NCBI GenBank assembly: GCA_964187785.1
Contig: OZ076413.1
Location: forward strand, 42,968,001-43,032,000
Origin: Amphiscolops sp. MND2022
Taxonomy: Eukaryota
Length of the DNA stretch: 64,000 nt
Reading direction: 5' to 3'
The translations under genes and the position numbers were made by a program. Of the stretch, positions 46,928 through 61,003 are shown piece by piece; the stretch's first letter is position 1; the number at the start of each line of letters is the position of its first letter. The notes beneath the pieces were generated by a model. The model did not search any database, was not told the origin of the DNA, and saw only the letters and a program-made list of their open reading frames with translations.

Positions 46928-47109
46928 ACAACTTCTTGTCCTGGAACAGTGAGTGACATTCTATTCTGGGTTCCCGCTCTCCTGGCTTCAGCCCTTGCCT
47001 CCGAATCAGTGCCTTCTGTTGGCAGTGGCTGGGCAGGTGGGTCTCTCTTCAGCAGCGGAGATCCCGGTTCTATCTGAACCGTCTTTGCCGTCCCCACAGA
47101 CTTCTTGGC
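46928..47109 (-). CDS. Probable upstream exon of the zinc-finger gene
   Basis: ttcatag acceptor and GTAAGT donor. Open frame AKKSVGTAKTVQIEPGSP...PGQEV in a GC-richer island. Its phase-2 end fits the acceptor at 44947. Confidence 0.6.
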
Positions 47110-48199
47110 CTATGAAATGAGTTCTTTTTACCAACCCAAGCCCCCTCAAAAAATCATATTCTATTTTTTCTTCAAAAGAATAGTTTCTTTGACAGAAACG
47201 GACCAAGAGGTAGACAAATTTTGGGTTTCAAATAATTGCTTTATAGCTTGTTGCGATCCATGATAAAACACTTGCTACTCTTGAAAAAGTGAATATGTCT
47301 CCAAAACCTAGAAAAACTAGTTTTTTTGACAAAAAATGGTTATACTTTTTCAAAATTCCGTTTTTGGCGAAATCCAGTTTTCTTAAAAGTCTTTGACCCA
47401 TATAAAAAAGCTACCCCATACCCTTGCACAACACGTCCTTGTGCAACAAACTCCCAATAATGTTCTGTGTGCGGGCCGCGCGAAGTGTGGAATGGCTGCG
47501 AAGCGGATACTGGAAAAAAATGAACTACTGAAGAATGGGGCGTGCGGCCTAGCCAAAATGAAAGCTCAATGCCAGACATTTCAAACGGGCTATAATTCAT
47601 TTCTGTGGTAAGCGTATTTGAGGAGATGTTAATTAATGATTTGAAAATTTTATTAATGATTTCATTAATGATTTGAAATTTTTAATAAGTTTTTTTTGAA
47701 ATATTGGGGTCAATTGGGGGTTAACAATCAGAACACTTCTGGTCCTTTTCCAAGGCTTCCCCTCAATTTAAGTTCACTCCAGTGTAAAGACGGATTTTGA
47801 ACCACTGGCAGGCATCATGGAAAACCTTGAAACTGGTGTCATGAACCTAACATGATGTCCCCCAAATTTTCCTTTCAAAAAAATTAGTGACAAAATTAAA
47901 ATAAAAAGACTAAAAACTAAACCAGAATCAATCAATTTCAATTTCATTCTCAGAGTGACAGTTTAGGATCCAGATATAAACTTTGTTCGCACTAGTTCTC
48001 TCAATGAGTCACACATTTTTGATTAGGAAACCAACCGCTTCCTTTTTTAAGTCACAGAAAACAGTTAATTCGAACATTATTCTCAAACGAAAAAAACTAT
48101 TCAAATGGCGGTAACTTCTTGTTATTGAAAAACAAAAACTTTCAATTAGGGCAGTTTGAAATTCTTGTGAAAGAAGGGGTGTCAGAAGCAAGAACACAC

Positions 48200-48310
48200 C
48201 TTTTTAATTAGGAGGCTGTCCATTGACTGTTGGCTGAAGGAAGACTTCCTTCGTGATTGTTGCATTTTCTTTTTCCCGTCAACCAGTCTACCAGTCAAAC
48301 TTCTGTCACT
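48200..48310 (-). CDS. Candidate further upstream exon
   Basis: ..SLTGRLVDGKKKMQQSRRKSSFSQQSMDSLLIKK|gtgtgt is a phase-0 donor matching 47109. The acceptor is uncertain. Confidence 0.35.
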
Positions 48311-49499
48311 GACTCGAGGTGTAAATTTTAAACTAAGTTTACGTTTTTTTTCCATTTTCTTCATTTCAAGTAATTACAGAAATTCAAAACACTGATGTTT
48401 CGGAAGTTTTCAATAACAGCACGTCATTTTCTTGAGAGACATTAGTTTAGTTTCCGCTTCCTTTTAGATAATTTTTTGGTTCTTTTCTGCACCAAAAAAA
48501 GACTTTAAACTTTCGTCTGTTAGTTTGACTGGCTTAACTCTGAGTTTTGAAACAACGTGATGATCTTTTATGAAGGCAACGGAAAATGGAATAGATAACA
48601 AGAGAGCAATAAAATGTAACTAGATTAATTATATTATTAAACGAACGTACAAATTGGATTGAATAATGAGATTTGCTTAGTTTGTAAGTGAAAAAATATC
48701 TGTTTTTGTGAATGAAACTTGAAAAGTTCACATAATTGAAACAGTCTTTTTCAAAGAACACGTGCTTAAAAACTTGAGATTTTGGAATATTTTTTCAACG
48801 AGCAAAAACTCTTGACAAATGTCCTAGAAAAATATGAAGTAATTTTTAACATTGTCATCATTTCGCTCAGATGACTTTTTTAAAAGGTAAGCTTTTTATC
48901 AAGGTAAGCGCAGTTAAGTTCTTTTGATAGAAAAAAACTTGAGGAGCGGATCGAGGGGCTTAACGTTAATTTGTCATTTATTATTCTAGATTTCATTTCA
49001 TGGACTTTCATCATTGATTCACCACGCCATCAGCCAATGTATGGACTATGATTGGAAATCCATGGAATATCCATGAATCACAGAGGATTATCCACAAGTC
49101 ATGCATGTTGATCTGTGAATACCCATGAATTATCGATGACTCTTCCCGAAATCAACCTTTGATAACACACGACACCAAACCCGGCAAACTATTTGATACA
49201 TGAATGCATACCATGGTCTTCATAGTAGATCATCTCAGTGAACGCCAAAATCGTAACTACATGTACAAGCGTATCGGGCCGTATATTTGTTCACTGTCTG
49301 TCTCAAAAGAGAAAAGAACTGAAAAACGTTGTTGACGTCATACTTAAATAGTCGTTAGAAGGTGGTTAAGTGTCACCGTCCGTTTTAAAATGCGCAACAA
49401 ACTAAACGTATATTCAATTTTTATCGATCTTCAAGGTAATGAGGAAGAATGAATGACAGGATTTGCATGTCAGAAAACTGGGCACGATAGGAAGATACT

Positions 49500-49679
49500 A
49501 CCAACAGCACCTCTTTGCCTGGATCTATCCATGCTCTGATTTAACCACGTCTCCATTAGTGCTTCCAACCAGAAGATCTTGCCTTGGATCTTCTCGAATC
49601 TGTTTAATTTCCCTCCTTGTTTCTTGAGTAACAAAAAAAGACGGAGAATGTGCATGTGCTTGTTGATTCTCAACGTTTT
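49500..49679 (-). CDS. Candidate exon
   Basis: ttctatag acceptor, then open frame KTLRINKHMHILRLFLLLKK...MDRSRQR. The donor is uncertain. Confidence 0.3.
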
Positions 49680-50399
49680 CTATAGAATCCATGATATCAA
49701 TCTAAAAGTTCTCTTTTGAAAGTATTTATTTGTCTAGTAACTGAATGTTTTCACTCATACGATGGGCAAAGATGAGTTTTGTAGGATAAGATGTTCATTG
49801 CGAATCAAGGTTATATTGATAGTTATCCAGGTAGCAAAGGTGAGGAATCGCGCTTACAGCTCGCGGAATGAATGCAACGTATCAAAAACTAGTACACAGC
49901 ACGTTTCTGATTTTGGGAAAGGTTGGCCGGTAGTAATGCTCATGTGCGATGCGTCAGCAGGTTGCAAGACGCAATTCTCACCAACTAGGGCTTTCACTCG
50001 GTCACTAAGGTAAATTTATTTGGTTCACGTGACCAATTACTGCCATGGTCGCAGAAGGGCTACCATTAACAATTGCGGGACAAATTAAATTTGAATCACC
50101 TTATCTAAACATACAGTGCAACTGTGGCTAAAAGTCCTGAAGGATGTAAAACGAAAGATTTTATCCTAGTGAGGCACTAAAATGTAAAGAAGCTGGTAAA
50201 CGAAGCAAAAACGATAAATCGATGTGAGTGGAAGCATAAGATTATAATATTATCGAATAAGCAATGTAAACTTGACGATTTGTTGTGAGCAGAAAGTGAG
50301 TCAGTAGAGACAATAAAATTCATCATTTAGACATCGTGTTCACTGGTTTTGTGTGTAAGTCAGGGAACTTTTCAACATGTAGATGCGGAAACGATGGAT

Positions 50400-51755
50400 G
50401 AACTTCATCTTCTTATCATCCCTTAGGTCTGACGAAGGAAAAACAATGAAGTCCCTGTCTTCGCCTGTTGCTACATTTGCTCGCAAACCATGGGAGATTT
50501 TGTAGAGTCTTCATTAAAGAGCCGTTCATCAACGCAGTGTACGATGTGGAACAGATGTATTATGGAAATCAAGTTACGAGGCTTAGCTTGCTGTTGAGTT
50601 ACAGTTTTCATTTTTTTTTCATAGTTTTCTACGGTTCGTTGTGCTTTCATCTTCATTTACATGATTTCTGAACTCCGGATCTGTGTTACTTATTAAACGT
50701 GTTGAAGGGATCCTTTGTTCAATGAATGGACAGTGTCTGGTCACCAGTCGTCTTCTCCCGCGCTACTTGCTCCTTCTTCCTTTCTGTCGTTCAATCGTTT
50801 GTTCGATCGGCAACATTTTGCGAAGTGGCCTAGTTTTGCTCATTTCTTCCCTCTGTCTGGGTTTTCACGTTGTCGTGACCGGTTTGGGGCGCGCATCTGT
50901 TACAATTTTTTCTGAATTTTACCGCCTTAGTGTTCTTTCTTTTGTGGGTTTTGTTTTCTCCATTCTGAGGTAGCGAATTTTGGAGTCCAGGATTGCATCC
51001 ACCGACAAAACGCTTTTCCTTATTGTTTACTTTAACTCGTAGTCATCGGTTGACTTTCCAATGAAATTAAAAGTTCGGCCGCAGTTATGTCTCAAATTTG
51101 CATTATTTCCACTTCTAAGATACGTTGTCAAATGTCCGCTGCTGATTCCTTATTTTCTCAATGGCTGTATTGCACGTTCTTTCTCTAGTAAAATGTAAGC
51201 GAAACAGTATGTACAGCTTGTGTAACTGTAGTGAGCTCGATTCCTTTTCTCTGACCGTTTCCGTTATCTTCGTGATAGTTTTCCTCCCATTGCCAGTGGA
51301 AATATATCTTTACGTCCATTTCCAAATGATCACGGTAATGTTGCAGTATTTCTTTGCTGTTTGCCATCGTTAAAATGTCCATGTCTTTCGTCATCTTTTT
51401 TACTGTGCTATTTTCCGCCACCACACACTGGCTTTGGTGTGATCATCTTTTTCGAATATGTGAATGGTGAGTTTCTACCGTCCTGTTCATCGTGTCATTG
51501 GGCAGCAGTTGTCCAATTGATCGTGATTCCACTGTCATCATTGCTTTTCATCCGCTTTTTGGAGTTTTTGTGTGTGTTTCATTGAGTTATTTGCTGTCAC
51601 AGGTAGATGGTTATCTGATATAAGCTCGATGGGTATTTTGACTGCGCCATGTTGTCTCATATGCGAGAAATTTACCACCAACTAATCTTTGCTTATTTTC
51701 TTTCGAGTATGATTAAGCTCTGCACTTAGTTGGCAGGTACCAATGCAGATTAACA
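50400..51755 (-). mobile_element. Truncated, heavily decayed Gypsy remnant
   Basis: PBS TGGCGCAGTCA (51639-51649) abuts an LTR-like end at 51650. Knuckle remnant KLGHFAKCCRS near 50810-50840. No second LTR found. Confidence 0.55.
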
Positions 51756-51971
51756 CAAATGACATAAGAAATAATCTAATTAGTCTGAGTTTGTAGGATA
51801 AAAGTCTACTTCAGCATTTTTCAGGAAAAGCATTTTCATGATTGTTTATGATGCTTAGGAAAATATTGAAATGATATTATCAGCTCTTGCTATCGTAATA
51901 ATTGGTTGATAGATGAAATTATAAAATACGGCAGCGTGAGAAATAATATTGACAGTCTATATTAATGAAAA

Positions 51972-52635
51972 AACAAGCCGGGACCGGCCCAAGTCGGCGC
52001 CATATCCAAGGCTCAAAAATAGCAAAAAGACTTCCAAGTGTCAAGTATTCGTTTACAGTAGTCGAAAATCGAAAATTTTTCGAAATTTTTTTTTTGAAAA
52101 AATTACATACTAAAAAAATGGACCGACTGGCGCGCTAACGTCTCACAATGCCGAAAAACTGAAAGGGGGGACCCTTTGAGGTTTTTCAACATCCATTCTG
52201 TCGCAAAACATGAAAAATTGAAGAAAAATTTTTTTTTATTTTCGGGATAAAATCTCAGAATGCCGAAAAAAACTGAAAGGAGGAACCCTTTGGGATTATC
52301 CAACATCCATTCTGTTGCAAAACATCAAAAAAAATGCAGGGGGGACCCTTTGAGGAAAAAAAATTTCGAAAAAAAATTTCGAAAAAAAATCTGAAAAAAA
52401 ATGTCTCGCAGTGCCGAAAAAAATTGAAAGGGGGGACTCTTTGGTCTCGCCCGGTATGATATGTTACGCGGAAAAACAGGTAAAACCATTTTGGTCCAGT
52501 TCGCTAGGCCAAATGGTGCTATTTGACACCATAATATTTTGTAGAACTTTTAAGAACTATTTTGGTCAGTTCGTGTGGATAGAAAAAAAAGAGTCACTAT
52601 AATAGTCGCGTTTCACTTCATGAAGCGCCGACTAA
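51972..52635 (-). mobile_element. HINE/DINE-1-like element, family A
   Basis: aacaagccgggaccggcccaagtcggcgcc ... agtcgcgtttcacttcatgaagcgccgactaa. Confidence 0.75.
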
Positions 52636-53204
52636 TAACTCCACTGGGGCACATTTGAGACTTTCGTGTCTCAACAGTTTTACTATTCTTTGATTTTTGT
52701 TCTTGTTCGAACATCTTTCATGAAGTCGTGGATTCCATTTTTTCTTCCTTTTTTTAAAAAAAAAACGGGAAAGGGTTAACTAAACGTCTCCCCTCACAGC
52801 AAACTAGCGCAATTGCAAAACCATAACCTTTACCAACGAAATTACCGACTGCCAAGCATAAAATTGCCTGTTTGCACCAATACGCTAACATGAAAATATC
52901 TTGCGGGAGTTGGTCACACTATTTGATGAAAAAATAAAGTTTGCATGTAAAATGTCTAGTTGCTTCATTTGTTCGTGGTTATCTTTTCATTTGAAAAGTT
53001 TTTTGCTCGTATACTTCTGGGCGCCATCCCATGCCACTGACTTAAAATTTGCTGGAGTCTGTTGTCCAGTACTGCTTTTCGTGCTGACACAGTTGCGTTT
53101 TCTTCTCTTCTGTGATTGATCAGGTTCGTTTTCATTCAAACCTGGCTCTTTCATTGCTGTCTGTTCCTTAGTCCTCGTGCTAGGTCGCGTGTTTCGTGTT
53201 TTTA

Positions 53205-53742
53205 TTTTTAGTCGGCGCTTCATGAAGTGAAACGGGACTGTTGTTGTGACTCTTTTTTTCATTCTTCACGATCTAATGAAATAATTCTTCAAAAGTTCTA
53301 TCAGATATTATGGTGTCAAATTGAACCATTTCACCTACTGAACTGATCCAAAAAAAATTTTTCTGTTTTTCCGCGTAACATACAGTACCGGGCGAGACTA
53401 AAGGGTCCTTTTCGAAAAAAATTTTCCCCAAAGGGTCCCCCTTCAATTTTTCATGCTTGGTGATAGAAAGGATGTTGAAAAATCCCAAAGGGTTTTTTCG
53501 TCATTGTGAAACTTTTTTTCGAAAAAATTTTCCCCCAAAGGATGCCTCCTTCAAGTTTTTGATGTTTTGCAACAATGGATGTTAAAAATCTGAAAGGGTC
53601 CCCCTTCTAGCACGCCGGCGAACCAATTCATTTCAAATTTTGGGTTTTGTTTTTCGGGTACTGTAAAGAATACTTGACACTTTGAAGTCCTTTTGCTTTT
53701 GAGCCTTAGATATGGCACCGACTTATGTCGTTCCCGGCTTGT
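53205..53742 (+). mobile_element. HINE/DINE-1-like element, family A
   Basis: TTTTTAGTCGGCGCTTCATGAAGTGAAACGGGACT ... GGCACCGACTTATGTCGTTCCCGGCTTGT. Confidence 0.75.
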
Positions 53743-56462
53743 CACACTTTCATATTGCACATTGGTAACTTTTTTAATCACTTGATTTAACGCATCGAAC
53801 TTTTACGTTTTGTTTTCGATTGATCTAACATTTTATATACGCTGTTTCTTTTTGCTAATACTCACAATGTTTATCCACAGGTCTCGCAACAGAGTTGGGA
53901 CTGCGCTATTCGTAATGGAAGATATTGTGACTCCTTTCTCTAAATTGAGTTTTTTTTCAGAAATCATAAACAATTTTAATAGTTCCAGTTTTGAACTTAC
54001 CTTAAAAGTTCAATATTGTTTTGAAGAAGATGCTGAAGATGGGAAAACAATTGTAGAGGACGACTCAGAATGTTTATATTAATTAGTCTATGCCTACACG
54101 TTGTATTTTAATGTTTTTTCTTCGAATACCTGCCAATTAAGCGCAGAAGCACTGCTTATTGTTTAGATAGAAGAAGCTAGACTACAGTTGAGTTTTGATA
54201 TTTTTATCTCTTTCATACATAAGCTGATACTTTTATGCTGTACAAGAATACAACAACAAGAAAAAGTCGTAACTTCGTTCCTAAACATGTAGACGGGCTT
54301 CTAATTGAGGCTCAATAAAACAAAATTAACTACCGAGAATGTTCATGGGTCGGTCATAATTTAATCACCCCGGTTGACCCTCTTCCTAGCATCTTGGCAG
54401 CCATGGCACGATCATGGCAAATTCTTACTACATCTTGGCAACCATGGATCTCATGGCAAGATTCATACTAAGATCTTACGAAGAAATATCATTATCCTAA
54501 GATCATACCTTATCACGATGGACAAAATTCTAAGATTAAAAAAACACTATACTTTCAGCTCACGCAGCCGACACTCAATCTAACGGCTCAATTCACACAA
54601 CAACGACTACGTCTACTCGTCTTCATAATCAAAATGCTTCAACCTACTGAATCAAGTTTGCATGCAAAAATGTGCAAAAAACTGCGATAACGTTTTCTGG
54701 TTTCCGCAATTCTGACGAGAATCCTAAAAACTCTTCACCTGTTTAAGAAAAATGCGAATGTACCAAATGGAAGCTCATTTCAAGGGTTTTTGGAAGCTTG
54801 TAATTTATCACTCCTGTCGATTCCAGAGACAGAGCGAAATGCTATCAAACGTCCAAAGCCACTATCGGAAAGTTACACAGGGAACAATAGAAATCCGGAA
54901 AACTTTGTAAATTCATATTTACAGCGGTCATTGCTCCAGTTTGGGTAATGATTCAGCAATGTTTCAGTAATGATTTTGCAATTGACAGAGCAATTTAATC
55001 GGTGCTCCTAATTAAACATCATCAGGAATCTTCAATCAAGTTTTATACATTGCTTATAACAGAAAATTATTGTGTCTAACAATGTAAATCTGCATAGATG
55101 TTGGTTTTTGTTGAATTTTTTCAGATTTTTTCTGGCCAAATAGGATTTTATTTGAAAAGAATCTTTTTGGGAACATGGTTTTCTCGATATGATTTTACCA
55201 AGGCAAGATCTTTTTAAGATATCCATAGAAGGTCAACCCGAAGTCCATCACCGAAATTACACTTTTTAAAGCCCTCTTCAGACAAACATCTTCAGATATT
55301 ACAGTTACAATGATCTGTAGTTACAACATGGAAAAATTTTATGAACACTTTTAGGTTACTTTTCGACAACTACTTTGGCTACTAGTTTGATTTTTTTGAA
55401 TCCCACAATAAGAGCTGAGGGCTCTTTTCTGTTCTCCCACGGCCAATTTTCTTTGAAACTGTCATAAAAAAATTGAACTCAAACCATAAAACGTCTTTTT
55501 TATACTTCTTTTAGGGTGAGAATTCAGGATCCATACAAAATTTTTGTTCAAATTATTTCCCTTTACGGAGAATTTGTCAAAGAAATGAACACTTTTAGTT
55601 TTTAAGTCAAATAAAACTGTTATTTCAAGTATAATCACAGTCCGAAGGTGTGATAATTGTTTTGTTCAAACGATACGACTGTGTACATTGGAGTTAACTT
55701 TCTGCAATAAAAAAAATAAAAACCTCAGTTCAGAAAAATTTTTGAAATCTTTTTGTAAAACATTTTGGTGATGTCGTGTGGGGACAGAAACGAAGCCATT
55801 GATCTTTTTTTGCTAAATTCCAGTCGTAGTTGATCAAAGTTCTCGAAACGTACTATACTGACGACCTGCTTTCATTACCGCATCGTTTTTCCAACTTAAT
55901 TCTGGCTGGTGAATGAAAATGACTCATGGCAACCTAAATAAGCGTGAACTCTTTCAGACACACCACACCAACAAGGAAGACAAGCGTGAAATTTTCTTGT
56001 TTTCCAATTTCTCGATTTTTGTTGCAAAATTAATCTGGTTCAAGAACAAGCCAAGCTATAAACAACCAAAATGAGCAACAAGAATTCGGCAGCCGCAACA
56101 ACAACAACTAACGAGACGACCTCACTGACGAGCAAAGTCAATTTTGATCTCACACACTTGAAGGGATGACCAAGGAAAATTAGAATGATAATATAATTTT
56201 TATGATAGTATATGTATTTATTACTATCTAGTTACCATTTAGTTTTTCGCTTCAAAAGGGGCAATAATACCATTTCGTTTCAACAAAAATGTTGTTACAA
56301 TTCAACAACGATTCTTATTTTTCACCTAACCTGCAAAAGATTGTGAAAATATTGGAAAACAATAATCAATACAGTAATTGATTGTTTGAACTTATGTGAC
56401 GTGAGCAGAATAGGAAGTAAGTTTTTCTCATAATTTAAAATATTTAGTGTAATTAATTCATT

Positions 56463-56878
56463 GGCTCTTTTCTGCCCCCCCCCACCAAAATTTTTGGAAA
56501 TAAATATCCTTGAAAACTTTAGACTAGAAAAATAATAAGCTATAGCCTAATTAAAAGTAAAACCTTATTTCATAATGGGAAAATAACGTCTATTGAAAGT
56601 TTTTTTGCTTGAACAAAACATTGTTCACGCTTTTTGACTATAATTGTGTTCGTATTAAGTGTTTATTGATGACTCAAAACAGGAACCTGTTGATTTCTTC
56701 ATCGAAAATGCGTGACTACATATTAAAAAATTTGAACAAAGTTTGTATCTGAATCCTAAACTGTCACACGAAGAATAAATGTAAATTTGAAGCTTTCTGG
56801 TTTGTACTCAAGTCTTTTATTATACGATTTGCACTAAATTTCCAAAAAAATTGGTGGTGGGGGGAACAGAAAAGAGCC
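56463..56878. mobile_element. Probable MITE with ~40-bp imperfect TIRs
   Basis: GGCTCTTTTCTG..CCACCAA..TTGGAAAT is inverted at 56838-56878. A third terminus copy lies at ~55420. No clear TSD. Confidence 0.5.
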
Positions 56879-57759
56879 AATTCATTGAGCAAAAACTCAG
56901 TTTTTTCCAAGTCGGGGGCAGGGTGGTTTTGAAAAGATATCAACAAAAATGATCATTTTCTAATTTCGGGACTGTAATTTGGCTATAAATTTATAATTTT
57001 GCAGACAAAAGTCAATAATTTTGAAGGAAAAAATATTTTCACTGGCGAATTTTACGGAATACATTGATTGAAATCGATATCTTGAAAAAAAAACAATTCT
57101 TTGCAAAGCTCAAAAAGTTACATTTAAAAAATATAAAGATCAGAGATTTGAGAGGTTGAACATACTTTAAACAGGTTATAACTATAGTGAATAAAGTACA
57201 TAAAAACATGAGTCATCATCAACTATACTTACAGAAGTTTCCATACTATGATTTGTAAAAAAAATGGTTTCCTCCATCTGCTCGACATTTACGCTAGTGT
57301 TTAATTATCTAAGCGATTTGAAGATTTTTTCGATTTGAAGAATTTGAAGAATTTTTTGGTAGTTAAAAGTATGTTTGGTGAGTCCTCACTACCTACAGAG
57401 CCGGCCCTATTGCTTCTTCGGCAAAGTGAGTGTGATGGGTCTCACTGTTGCTAACATGCTCTCCGACTGTTGCTGCTGCTGTGAGAAACTGTTGGCCGAC
57501 AGCACTAAGGTTCCTTTACATTGTTTCTTGTTTTCAAGCTTTTTGCTTTTTCACTGAAACTGATTCATTCCATCAAACATCAACACAACGTCTGCTGACC
57601 AGCACGACACTTTAAGTCCAAACATTCCTAGCAGCGACGTTTTTTAAGGCTCAAGAGTAGCCACTGCACTTTGAAAACACATAGAAGTTTGATAAAAAAA
57701 CGTTTTGACACTTTTTGATTAAGGTCATCCCATTTCAGAAGGAAAGACTTCAACATCAC

Positions 57760-60230
57760 ACTTAAGACCTATTTTTGTTGTCGACATGTGTGGATACCGA
57801 GTCCTAACGGACCAATTTTTTCATAATTTTACACGAAAAATCTCTGAAAACGTGAAACGTTTTAGAAAAATTTGGTTTTTCGACAACTTTGCGGCCATTT
57901 GATGCACTTTTCTAAGAAACTGCAGGTGTGCTTTCAAAAACGCCTATTGGATTCAGTAGGGCCTAACTGGTTCCGTCGTTGGTGAATTACGAAAATGCTC
58001 GAATGGTTTACAAAAAAGTATAAATTTTTCAACACAGAAAAATTTGTGGAGTTTTTCTTTCATTCTGAGTCGTTTGGACGAACTTTTTATATGCAAAACT
58101 GTAATTAATTTACTTCATGGCTACCTAAAAAACTGAAGTTTTTTAATTTTTCTCAATCACGAAAGTTTGGTAAACTTCATTATAAATTCAGTATTTTGTC
58201 AAAATACTGGCAAAAGTGACTTTTTTAAAACTATTTCGTGGTAATTTTGAGGGTCTTGTCTAACGTGAAACAGCAATTGACCTTCAAAAAGCCTACTGGA
58301 CAATGCAACTCTTCGCTATTGAAAGTTTGGTTCTTCCAACAATGGAAACGTCTAAAAAATCCAGCTTTGTGTAAGAAACGTTGAGTTTGGACTTTTTTCC
58401 GACTTTTGGGGTCATTTTGAAGTGTTTTTGAAACAGAACACTGCAACTTTCGCTTCAAAAAAGCACCCTGCTTTGCTCGTTTGTCCGTTTTCGACTATTT
58501 TGAACCCTCTTAGCCACAAAAACCTACAAAGCTTGTACGCATATTGTATGATGAACAAAAAACGGGAAGAATTTGAGTTTTCACGTTTTGGGTTGAAATT
58601 GTGGCAAATTTGAAATGTTAACTTGCATCTTGTTTTTCCAAAACTTTCTGGATATTACATTCAAATTCTAATGAAACGTTCTATTATGCCAAATCTTCCA
58701 AAATTTCGAAAGAATTTTGCGTTGGAGAGGTCAAAAACTGTTTAAAAAGTCTTAGCTACTTTGGGCTCATTTTGAGGCTCTTTTCTATTATGAAACTGCA
58801 ATTGACTAACAAACAGTGTAATCTACCTTGCCTTCGCTGTTGGAGGGTTTCATTCTTCTAACAAACGAAGTTTACAAAATTTCAATACAGCCGGTTTTTC
58901 GGAAATGTTTTTGTATTTTCGTTTTCTTTGAATGCTTCTGAGATGACGTTCTACCTAAACCTAAAAAAACTACAAAGTTTTCCTTCAAAAGGCGTACTGC
59001 ATTGCTTGATAAATTGTCCTTCGCTTTGGTACTGTCTAACTTACAAAAAGTTCCAGAAACGATTACTAAAAGCGTCAAAAACTGGAAAAATTCTGCACAA
59101 AAGCAACAAATACTTACCAAGAAGGTAACTGGATATTAACTTCAGCCGTTGTTGAGCAAGTCATTGTTGAACAAATTGTTGTTTCTAACCCTCAAAACTT
59201 TTTGAAAATGTCAGACTTTACACAAAATCCTCTAAAGCAATCAGTTTTCTATTTTCCCACTCAATGGTGCCGTATTGAAGTGTTTTTTGTGCAATACTTA
59301 AATTTGTCATATGAATGTATTTTAAAATTTAAATTGTTTCGCCTTCGACTGTTTTGAACCTTTTCGTCCATAAAACTCGTAAAACTTATACTTCTGAGTA
59401 GATGAAAAGCTACATAAACAAGAATATTTGCACTTCTGGACTAATTTGGTGTCAAATTCAAGCATAATTTTGTTTAAAAATTACATTTATCCTTTCAGGA
59501 ACTTACTGGACAACAAATTACTTTGTTGCCGAACTGTACAAGAGTTATAATTCATGAAACGCTTTGAAAATCGAAAACTGTAAGAAAATACTTTGGTTTT
59601 TTTTTACTATTTTGGGTTCATTGTGGCTTTTATTATCTACAAAACTGCATTCATCTCCCTGAAAAATCCTATTGGACAACAAATTCATTCGTTGCTAAAC
59701 GTTTTCAACAATCTTATCCGAGAAAGTTCCTGAAAGTTTGACCAAAGTTGCAAAAAAACTTTAAAAAAAACGGTTAAACTTGGAGTTTTCGTCAATTGTG
59801 GTTGCAGGTTGAGCTATTTTTTCATTACAAAACTGCGATTATTTCTTCCTAAAAGCCTCCCGGACAACGACGTTTTTCCTTGCTGAACGTGTTTATTAAT
59901 TTGAACCAAGTATTTCAAAATTAAACAAAACTTGCAAAAACTTTCAAAAAATCTATACTTTTCGGATTTTTCATCAATTTCGGTATCCTTTTGAAGCATT
60001 TTTCCAAGAAAAAATTGCATTCATTTCTTTAAATAGCCACTTGGACAACGAATTGTTTCCGTTCTGAACTTTCAAAGCCTTTTAAGCCACGAAGTCTATC
60101 GGAAACTTTATATACATTGCTTGAAATTGGTAAAAAATCGGAAAATTTTGCAGTTTTTGACATTTTTGGTGTCATTTTTGGATCATTTTGGGCCTTTGGG
60201 GTCATCCAACAAAGTCCAAAAAAGTACAAT
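57760..60230. repeat. Degenerate tandem array, unit ~175-185 bp
   Basis: aaactgca..cctattggacaac-like motifs recur near 57918, 58096, 58268, 58439, 58792, 58968, 59641, 59830 and 60012. Confidence 0.6.
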
Positions 60231-60599
60231 TATACCAACTTTATGTCAGTTGAATTGTATGGGTGAAACGCTTTAACTTTCATATTTGTTTGTAACATCG
60301 CATCTTCTGTAAAAAAAACCGCTTGATTTAAATATTTTTCTTTCCTTTATGAAATTTCGACGGAAAATAAAAATTCCCTCAGCTAGTAAACACGCGTTGA
60401 AAGCTATAGATGAATACAAACTTAGAAACCAAGAGAGAAGAGAAGTTAATTTCCCCATTAACGCTGGGTGGACCCCGAATAAGCAGTTCTGCTTTTCTAA
60501 GTCGGCGCCCTTTCGGATACTATCTCCCATAGCAAGCTATGGTACCATATTTGCAGCCAAGTGGTCCAGCATTGGTGGGTTTGAAGCTGTGGTTTCAAA

Positions 60600-60801
60600 G
60601 TGACTTGCTCAAGGTCACAAAGGGCTGACTGCTCACCGTTGCTCTTGTTGTTTTCCTTTTCACCGCCACATGCGGTATTTTATGCCACTGACCATACCAC
60701 TAAGCTAGGGATGAACAACTTGCTTAAGGACCAACAATGGCGAGTTGAGAAAGATTCGAACCTGTACAGGCCGAATGCTCTAACCACTACGCCATGCTCC
60801 C
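60600..60801 (-). mobile_element. tRNA-derived SINE-like fragment
   Basis: On -, GGGAGCATGGCGTAGTGGTTAGAGC (A box)..GGTTCGAATC (B box), followed by GTCCTTAAGCAAG, which resembles the CCTTGGGCAAG motif of tRNA-SINE bodies. Confidence 0.5.
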
Positions 60802-61003
60802 CTTTGAAACCAAGTTTTTAGTGAGCGCTTTTTTGAAAAAAAGTTCACGGCTCTTGGTGGTGTGTTATTGGGCGCATTTCGAAAAAAGTTCACGACTCTC
60901 TCTGACTGTGACATTTTTTAATCTTTAGCCACAGTGAAACGTCCTCTTTCATCAATTTTGAAGGAATAATAACTTTTAAATAAATGGAGGTGGGTCAGCT
61001 TTT

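Noticed and set aside
57719..60277. TTAA-flanked Kolobok or piggyBac element enclosing the satellite
   Set aside because: The putative TIRs match too poorly to support the call.
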